From positions 1 to 50,558 of the IMG/VR virus record IMGVR_UViG_3300038393_001512: a DNA stretch of 50,558 nucleotides. One strand, written 5' to 3'. Shown in pieces: positions 45,901 through 50,558 of the stretch (positions are counted from its first letter, which is position 1; every line of letters begins with the position of its first letter). Source of the stretch: a virus. Taxonomy: Duplodnaviria; Caudoviricetes. The position numbers were made by a program, and so were the translations under genes. The notes below the pieces were generated by a model. The model was not told the origin of the DNA. It was given only the letters and a program-made list of their open reading frames with translations, and made no database searches.

Positions 45901-48900
45901 ATTAGCAGCGACCAATTGTTCACGTGCCGCATCTCGCTTAGCCTGCTGGGCTGCCAAGATCTCACCCGGCGTCGTTCTCGTGCCGTAGGTGAAGCCCTGA
46001 CCGCCCCTAGCTGGCTTGAAGTTACCCATGTTCAAGATTTCACGAACGATGGGGGCACCAGCGGTACGCTGTGCTAGTACGTCGTTGACTCTTTGCTGCC
46101 TTCGATCTCTCTGCCCCTGTGCGAAGGCGGCATAACCGCCGAGCCCACGGATGGCCGCTACTTCGGCAGCAGCATTGGCCCCGTTCAGGATGCCGCGATC
46201 GGCGGCTGTACGATAAGCGGAGCCAGTGGATGTGCTCCCGAGACCGCGAATACCAGCCACTTCACCGGCCGTACGTCGTCTACGTGCGGCTTCGGCGACT
46301 CGCCCACCCTCGTCGTTGACGAAGAAGGGGAAGTCGTTGAGTCGGCTCGGTCGGTAGTTGCCCATCGAGCGGACCTCGCGGACCCGCTGCTCGCCGACCT
46401 TCGTTTGCTTCTTGGACTCTTCGAGAAGGCTCTTTGCCGTCTCGGCAAATGGTTTATCGGAAGAAAGCTTCGTCGGGTCAAGGGTTCCCGTAAGGTGCTT
46501 GTTGAGGATTGGCTCAGCAAAGCTGAACAATTCCTGATAGCCCAAGTCGGAGTTCGTAAGCTTGAAGGGGTCTCTCCCCGGAGTTGCGGGCGGTGCCACT
46601 GGGGTGTCGCCCCCACCCCCTCCCTTGATGAAGCGACCAGAAGCATCGCGTGCGGGCTTCTTGATCTCCTTCAGGGAGTCCTTCTCAGTCTTGACCGCCT
46701 CCTTCTCAACCTTGACGATCTCCTTGAGCGTCTTCTCGTTCTGGGCAGCAGCGGCCTGAGCCAGGCTGACCACCCGAGCGATGTAGCCGCCCTTCTCGCG
46801 GGACTCGGCACCGGACTGAGCCAGGCCGACCACCCTCTGGATAGCCGCCATGTGTGCGGGGTCGGGCGTGGGCTCGGCAAGAGGAGCAGGGAGGCTCGTC
46901 TTCCTCGCACGTCGGATGCCGCCCTCACTAAACTTGGCGGTGCTGACGACATCGCCCTTGATGAAGGCTCGCTTCGACTCCCTACCGGACACATTACCAC
47001 TGATCTGGTGAGTCGTCGGCTTGGCGACGGTCGGAGGGGCGACGTCCTCGACGCTCACAAGAGAGGGCCGACGCTTACGAGAAAGCTTCTCCGCGACGGT
47101 TTCCGCGATGTCGGGCTCCTCGGAGCCGCCGCCGAGGTCCACATACCGACCCCGGCCCGCAAGGACCTGCTTGTAGCTGGCCCCTTCGAGTCTGTTAGCG
47201 GCCTTGATGTTGGCTGGAGTGACTTCCTGCCCCGCCGCCGTCAACTCGGCGGCAACGGAGGCATTCAGGAGCTTCCTGCGTTCCTCGGCAGCCGTCTGGA
47301 CAGCCTTCCTGGCTGCAACGATCTGCTGCTTCGACATCTGGCCTTCACCGCCGAAGTTCTTCGGGTTGAGGACTTCACCTGAACGCTTAAGAATCTGATC
47401 AAGAGAGTTGCCCGAGTTGGATTCGGAGATCTCTCGGAAGAAGTCGCCGATGGCACCCTGCTCGTTGATTCGGGAGGCGATGCTCGCCACGTTCGCCTTC
47501 TTGACCTTCGCACCAGCACGGCCGGTCGGGGCCGCGACGACGGAGCCGAGGTCGAAGCCGCGAGAGGTGGCAAGCTCCTGGAGCTTCTTGAAGATAGCTT
47601 CATCGTCCTTGCCACCCAATTTGCTGCTGCCCGAGAGTTTGCCGACTCCGAGGTCAGCGACGAGTTGCTTGAATCGATTCCTCTGATTCTTGACTTCGGG
47701 ATACATCTGGGCGGCAATCTGGGCGAGGCTCGCCGTGACCCGTCCACCCCGAGCCATCTTGGCGATGCCCGTCCGATTCCAATTCGCCAGCCTACCGTAG
47801 CCGATCGAAGAGGCCGACTTCCTGTTGATGACGAATTCACCCGGCTCCAACATTGCGGGAACCTTGTCGCCGAAGCCGCTGCCAGGAACCTGCCCGCCAG
47901 ACGCACGGCGAACGGCGGCGTGCCCTTGAAGGCCACGACCTACGTTTCCAGCAAATGTACCAATGTTACTAGCAACACTCTTGAGTGTGCCACCCAGTTT
48001 GACGGCCGCAAACAGTGTGAGGAGCGGCACGAGTGGCTCAAGAGCCTTAGTCAGCTTGATGAGGCTCGATGCCAAGTCGAGCGAGAGTGCTCCAAAGGTT
48101 TGCAGCGTCTTATTGTTGCCGATGGTGCGGATCAGGTCCATGAACTCTTCACGTACCTTCGTCAACTGCACCAGGAAGATCCCTTGGGCTTTGCCTGCGT
48201 CAAGCGTCAGGGAGTTGGCACCGCCCTGAGCGATGGAGTAAGCCTTTTGGGCCTGTCCGAACTGCTGGATGAGCGGGATCACACGAGAGATCTGGCGGAA
48301 GCCACCAACCTGCTCGACGATCGCCGCGAACCGAGGATCAGTCGTGGGCACGTTCTTGAGGGCAGCACTCAGGCGGCTGACGGCCTCCCACGCACCGACG
48401 AATTGACCTTCAATCTGTTTGCCAGCGAGGGCCGCTTCCTCGCCCGTGTAGCGAAGCTCGATACCAAGAGCCTTCAAATTCTCGGCTACGCGACCGCTCT
48501 GCAAGCGGGCGAAGATGGTCCGGAGACCCGTACCGATTTCCGAGGCACTTTCTCGGGTCGTCGATCGGACGGCCGAGACGAGGGAGATGAACTGATTGAA
48601 GGTCTGTTCCGATCCTTGGATATCCGACGAAGCCGCCTTGAAGGCTGCACCGGATCGGCGGATGGCCTCGACAAGGTCTTCGGATTCGACAGCGAAGGCA
48701 GCCGAGACGGTGTTGATGGCCCCGAGCGTCCTCTCGAAGTCCTTCGAGGCGATGCCGAACTGCTGCCTCATGGCAATGAGACCTTCGGTCGTCTTGTTGA
48801 TGTCGCGGAAGGTCGGAGCGAGGCTCGTCTTGGCGAGTGCCTCAAGGGCCGAGGTAACTTCACCAGCCGAAAGGCCCGCCTGCTTCAAGGTGACGGAGAC

Positions 48901-49419
48901 TTCGGCAAGCCCCTTCGATGAGACACCGAGGTTCTTGCTCAAATTGGTGATCGAATCGGCGATCTCCGCAATGCCCCTCGCACTCGTGCCGACCTGGGAG
49001 AGGTTGACGAGGGTCTTCTGAAAGAGTAACGCTTCGTTGATGCCGTCACGTATCGCATCCGTAACCTTGCTGACCGCGAGCACGGCACCGATCTGGAAGG
49101 CGAGGAAGCGGCGAGTAGCGAGGCCGATGTTCTGGCCAAATGAGGAGACACCGGCACTAGCCTTAGCGACGTTGTTGGCAACGCCCTGGATCGCTTGGCC
49201 AGTAGCCGCTGCTGCTCCTTGGCTCACCTTGAGAGAAACGTTGAGGGCGTTCAAATTCGACGAGAGTGCGGCAACGTTCCTATTGGTCGTTGGCGACACC
49301 TGGAAGTTGATCGTGCCCTTAACGTTCTTGAGTTGGTTCTGGAGTGCCGACACCACAGGCCGAAGGTTGTTCGGCCCCTGGACGTTCAGCATCATCGTCA
49401 CATTGAAACTATTAGCCAT
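39964..49419 (-). CDS. Tail tape measure protein (3151 aa)
   Basis: N-terminal TP901-like TMP core (LSKNLGVSS, LKQAGLS, FAVESEDL, IGTGLRTIFARL, VGGFRQISRV); Ala/Gly-rich hydrophobic segments; three VPAML.PGEFV modules. Confidence 0.92.
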   Translation of the reverse strand: MANSFNVTMMLNVQGPNNLRPVVSALQNQLKNVKGTINFQVSPTTNRNVAALSSNLNALNVSLKVSQGAAAATGQAIQGVANNVAKASAGVSSFGQNIGLATRRFLAFQIGAVLAVSKVTDAIRDGINEALLFQKTLVNLSQVGTSARGIAEIADSITNLSKNLGVSSKGLAEVSVTLKQAGLSAGEVTSALEALAKTSLAPTFRDINKTTEGLIAMRQQFGIASKDFERTLGAINTVSAAFAVESEDLVEAIRRSGAAFKAASSDIQGSEQTFNQFISLVSAVRSTTRESASEIGTGLRTIFARLQSGRVAENLKALGIELRYTGEEAALAGKQIEGQFVGAWEAVSRLSAALKNVPTTDPRFAAIVEQVGGFRQISRVIPLIQQFGQAQKAYSIAQGGANSLTLDAGKAQGIFLVQLTKVREEFMDLIRTIGNNKTLQTFGALSLDLASSLIKLTKALEPLVPLLTLFAAVKLGGTLKSVASNIGTFAGNVGRGLQGHAAVRRASGGQVPGSGFGDKVPAMLEPGEFVINRKSASSIGYGRLANWNRTGIAKMARGGRVTASLAQIAAQMYPEVKNQRNRFKQLVADLGVGKLSGSSKLGGKDDEAIFKKLQELATSRGFDLGSVVAAPTGRAGAKVKKANVASIASRINEQGAIGDFFREISESNSGNSLDQILKRSGEVLNPKNFGGEGQMSKQQIVAARKAVQTAAEERRKLLNASVAAELTAAGQEVTPANIKAANRLEGASYKQVLAGRGRYVDLGGGSEEPDIAETVAEKLSRKRRPSLVSVEDVAPPTVAKPTTHQISGNVSGRESKRAFIKGDVVSTAKFSEGGIRRARKTSLPAPLAEPTPDPAHMAAIQRVVGLAQSGAESREKGGYIARVVSLAQAAAAQNEKTLKEIVKVEKEAVKTEKDSLKEIKKPARDASGRFIKGGGGGDTPVAPPATPGRDPFKLTNSDLGYQELFSFAEPILNKHLTGTLDPTKLSSDKPFAETAKSLLEESKKQTKVGEQRVREVRSMGNYRPSRLNDFPFFVNDEGGRVAEAARRRRTAGEVAGIRGLGSTSTGSAYRTAADRGILNGANAAAEVAAIRGLGGYAAFAQGQRDRRQQRVNDVLAQRTAGAPIVREILNMGNFKPARGGQGFTYGTRTTPGEILAAQQAKRDAAREQLVAANVAQIRGLGGFTASRVPGRQQPFAVNNVAGSIAAQAAARRAAAQAAVTASEVEALRGFGGAARRPSPSGLNPNPFFVNTEPGRVADAARRRRTAANVNEIRSMSSPDDLLQRQAERRAAFEARKRRERFSNFFTADIFPSFFGESEAGRARREKRNASSVSQFSAFGIGPKPQAAQRGNFFGRTLGRVGSGIASNGLLAAAFVPGLLEAGFGTVDAPRGSINAAKTAQGASGAITGAAIAGQAGLLAGGPIGAAIGAVAGGLIGLYTSLRDAQNRIEELNFEKAFRPFQSFLADVANGHTRLDAAGRGRLAGGLSAAEAEARRRVAVAGNGGTLLDRAGDFIPTTGIGGVARTIGADFARKNGLTALNQLPQLLGFERTFSGNFTSTTRERKTEAARQAAEERIKILTPELPALQQIGEQIAKGVKLNPQDVFVGAGTTQEDLDARRRGRIESFNRAGGESIAQTIAEVNRLPINQVYEQFDQLIVSANRLRHTQEKSAEALTLMTVQVHTFGHLTEAFGAAAASVHSLESSAEQISSLFDGNIATARVSGFAAGAGQIGGLDRAAFQRSLQFTQANTGGPVSADFRRVLTQVDTTMRDLPSLLAGTTFDFTNADAIQSSIGKLLTDNLKLDKGVAGPLSAAFAGTDPEKLFKGLQSNPQKLVADLIEETFGQLKKEIEEQTRQLEEQFNKFSQGLAAYSQKVLSAGDALDRVSTLRLSAQRASAELQGARQGRSPAGFLSLDALRRPFADRQARLAGTAAGDPEEIGRRLQETIGRQRALQGNLNSPTLGREERARLQESFNATALEANKLQQALHHLADASDESAAIQEKLSDIEKQRSGQLSFTEKLLTSSPKELFQIQRASALSDVAVKQGNFQGFLPNQIREILDYLTSLQDVKLPGYANRTGGEVANNLLNPSNRAIFGRQATGLEQGRDDLLKQQVQVAERSVQAQEVLAKSQQTLATEFLANLKETNAQFFTKLDQLIATARASDLRAAEDRSKAAQSKVQSQVNAIGSIEGLQGIGKGNFGKVRQILNAPEFNAFRAAGIRQAELAKTSQGLFGKGQLAQEARGQVFLGQRFSPVQAHGFDPGIEGRIEGQLQAATSEIIRRTGFTRNQVEQEVIPDVLGKLSDFQAKPEFSRGTFDINQEIVKSIGSVLSKAQQAALDEGNAARNAVTTGVLGSEPARPGEFHQLMAAVAREQPLIAGKIGNGLNEVGDPADLVATLKRLTEATEVLTKQRQGAEERAQFKANGGVAFAPRGTDTVPAMLSPGEFVVNASATRANLSLLQSINSARGPIYRARGGKVDYLTEIDQLFANDSTNAGDLKDLVKQGKDILANTRTPDTQMVRRRKLALDRLESEGAAFGHGDQLNASAKSLYGKLLSADDNAPETTRLSTTYNPLTFIDRAVDRGLKFAGFDAATTTLITAGNPFGARAAQAEDLPEIQERQEQVRRRRLSDPEKQAINIKETPLALGLDPKYAANQISAPFVAANRAMLAPVEAGVAGLQQKVSAAQAESAAFAASPAAAQAATAKGQVDALLKARADRTSQLQADTAQRQAANQAAEQARAAVAARTAASRQQRLNPAAAAAPAAPVANPALEGLPAALANNPKISEDVKLRIVAQENARKGRRVADQAKLADFNKRRAEQQELFNADLLRRGIDTRPVIGGREPEAAKIGKSRARYYDKVASATKDVNKQGSGFTQRQILNAARARAKLTADSRDKNLTPDARERNKNLLLELRASKIGPHIDSLNFARERKGQGAIGATAAQRKRVADAYQENQKALRQKARKDRRQKPFHFADGGMVPAMLTPGEFVVNGASARANGPLLNAINSGRSPIYRQAGGAVGSGGGSGAVSFDAFVKAADSFGEQLRSASDVFGRVGGTFESLANSMTSLSDRLGPFNDAASSLAKALSNVNIPSKIEVATRGDFTVTLNGAAIIAAMKGDMASEVLKQVQAQLEGQVRKAIESMPPRS

Positions 49420-49431
49420 GTCTACATCCCC

Positions 49432-49496
49432 AAAGAAAAGTGGCCATACGCAAAGTATGACGTTCGAATCGAACGACGTACTCTCCGGATGGCCAC
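49432..49496 (-). terminator. Long imperfect hairpin plus U-tract directly upstream of the tape measure RBS
   Basis: GTGGCCAT...CGTTCGA-A-TCGAACG...ATGGCCAC (49440-49496), followed on the minus strand by TTTTCTTT and then GGGG-ATGTAGAC-ATG. Confidence 0.7.
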
Positions 49497-49524
49497 GCTA
49501 TCCACGTTCGTCGGCTACGCCGAC

Positions 49525-50502
49525 TCACTCTTTGATCACTTCACCTTTAGCTAGATCAACCTCGACCGTCTTCGGGCGTTCTGGCTTAGAGGGAGCCTTC
49601 GGCTCCTGGGGAACCTTCGGTTCCGGAGCAGGGAGGGGCTTCTCCTGCTCGTCCTTGATGGGGTTACCATCATCGTCGAGGAAGAAGTCGTTCTCCGACT
49701 CGATATAGCGGCCGTCCTTGTCGACGAGGTTTCCGTCAGAGTCGACGTACTCACCCTTCTCGTTGACGTATCGGCCGTCCTTGTCGACCCGTCGCCCGTG
49801 TTCGTCGACCCGATCTCCCTTTTCGTTGATTAAGTGGAAATCGCCATCCACGAACTTGTACTTGGTGAGGAATTGGTTCTCGGGGAGCTTCGCGAGCATC
49901 TCCTTCTCGCTGCCATACATCATCTCGCCCAGCTTCGTAGCTGCTGCGATGCCCACTTCCTCGGTGCTCTGATCGATGTATGCGTCGATGCTCGGGTGTT
50001 CACCGTCCTTCGTGAAGAAGGGCTTATTCTCCCGCTTACCATCATTATACACCGTGCAGGCGGCTACGAAGAAGTTGAACTGGGCCTGATCGGCGATGGC
50101 GTCGGCGGTGTTCACGTCGATGCGGTTTCGCTGGGAAAGCAAGTCTTGCAAGTCGTTGCGGTGCTTGGAGATGTCGATGGCGACTTGGCGGGCCTCCTTG
50201 AGTTTGATGCCCTTCTTCGCCAGCTTCCTCTCGCCATCAAGGATGGAGCTACGCAGCTTGTCGAACTCGGCCTGACGCTGGTCGTCCCAGAGGTTGGAGT
50301 TGCGAAGCTGGGTGTCCAACTGCTCTCGGAGCATCGCACCGGCCTCGACGGCTTCGCGATATGCCTTGGCGTGGATGAGCCGGGCCTGCTGCTTGACCTG
50401 GGCACTGGGGGGCTTGATGGCCAAAGCCGTCTCAACCTCGTTCCCGTCCTCGTCGTTGATCTTGACCTTGATGACTTCTTTGAGAGCCTTACTCATTCTC
50501 AT
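49525..50502 (-). CDS. Probable tail assembly chaperone with Dx(D/K)G repeats
   Basis: Immediately upstream of the tape measure gene; helical N-terminal part; 7-aa repeats (V/I)(D/N)xxG near the C-terminus. Confidence 0.65.
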   Translation of the reverse strand: MRMSKALKEVIKVKINDEDGNEVETALAIKPPSAQVKQQARLIHAKAYREAVEAGAMLREQLDTQLRNSNLWDDQRQAEFDKLRSSILDGERKLAKKGIKLKEARQVAIDISKHRNDLQDLLSQRNRIDVNTADAIADQAQFNFFVAACTVYNDGKRENKPFFTKDGEHPSIDAYIDQSTEEVGIAAATKLGEMMYGSEKEMLAKLPENQFLTKYKFVDGDFHLINEKGDRVDEHGRRVDKDGRYVNEKGEYVDSDGNLVDKDGRYIESENDFFLDDDGNPIKDEQEKPLPAPEPKVPQEPKAPSKPERPKTVEVDLAKGEVIKE

Positions 50503-50558
50503 GTCCTTCCGTTATCTCGTATTGAAACCTGTTCCAGGTGACGTCGTATTGGTTGATC

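Noticed and set aside
41512-48921. Long plus-strand ORFs (41512-42603, 46093-47382, 47665-48921) and alternate-frame ORFs within the tape measure gene
   Set aside because: Shadow frames of a GC-rich gene with low-information translations.
49420-49530. Programmed -1 frameshift of the tail chaperone (lambda G/GT type)
   Set aside because: No downstream overlapping ORF before the tape measure start; the gap is occupied by a hairpin.
1-50558. Stop-codon reassignment, tRNA/rRNA genes, integrase or transposase
   Set aside because: Conserved genes are full length in the standard code and end in TAA, TGA or TAG; intergenic gaps are short and show no cloverleaf; no recombinase or transposase motifs were seen. 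This was checked by eye only.

Overview
This window is part of a large, GC-rich tailed dsDNA phage genome with two convergent blocks that meet at a bidirectional terminator near 33.1 kb. The + strand block (1-33.1 kb) holds the nucleotide metabolism and replication/recombination genes: a class II ribonucleotide reductase (5'-truncated), macro domain, HNH, PhoH, RecA-like, DnaB, primase, dNMP kinase, Cas4-like nuclease, MazG-like, family-4 UDG, two DEDDh exonucleases and SSB. It also carries a DnaE polymerase split into two genes about 2.6 kb apart with no intein, followed by a ~9.4 kb glycosylation island (five or six glycosyltransferases, a nucleotidyltransferase, a methyltransferase-like protein, a kinase and an ASCH-like protein). 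The - strand block (33.1-50.5 kb) is a tail module: chaperone, a 3151-aa tape measure protein, a beta-repeat protein, a six-domain Dit-like protein and a hub-like protein. A 19-bp motif, GTCCTATACTAWGGGTAGG, overlaps the -10 box of three sigma70-like promoters. The best leads are the phage glycan-building cluster, the intein-less split DnaE, apparent capsid-protein-derived sequence inside early genes, the promoter/operator motif, and GG-bounded repeat modules in the tape measure protein. All functional calls come from reading motifs by eye; no database searches were run.
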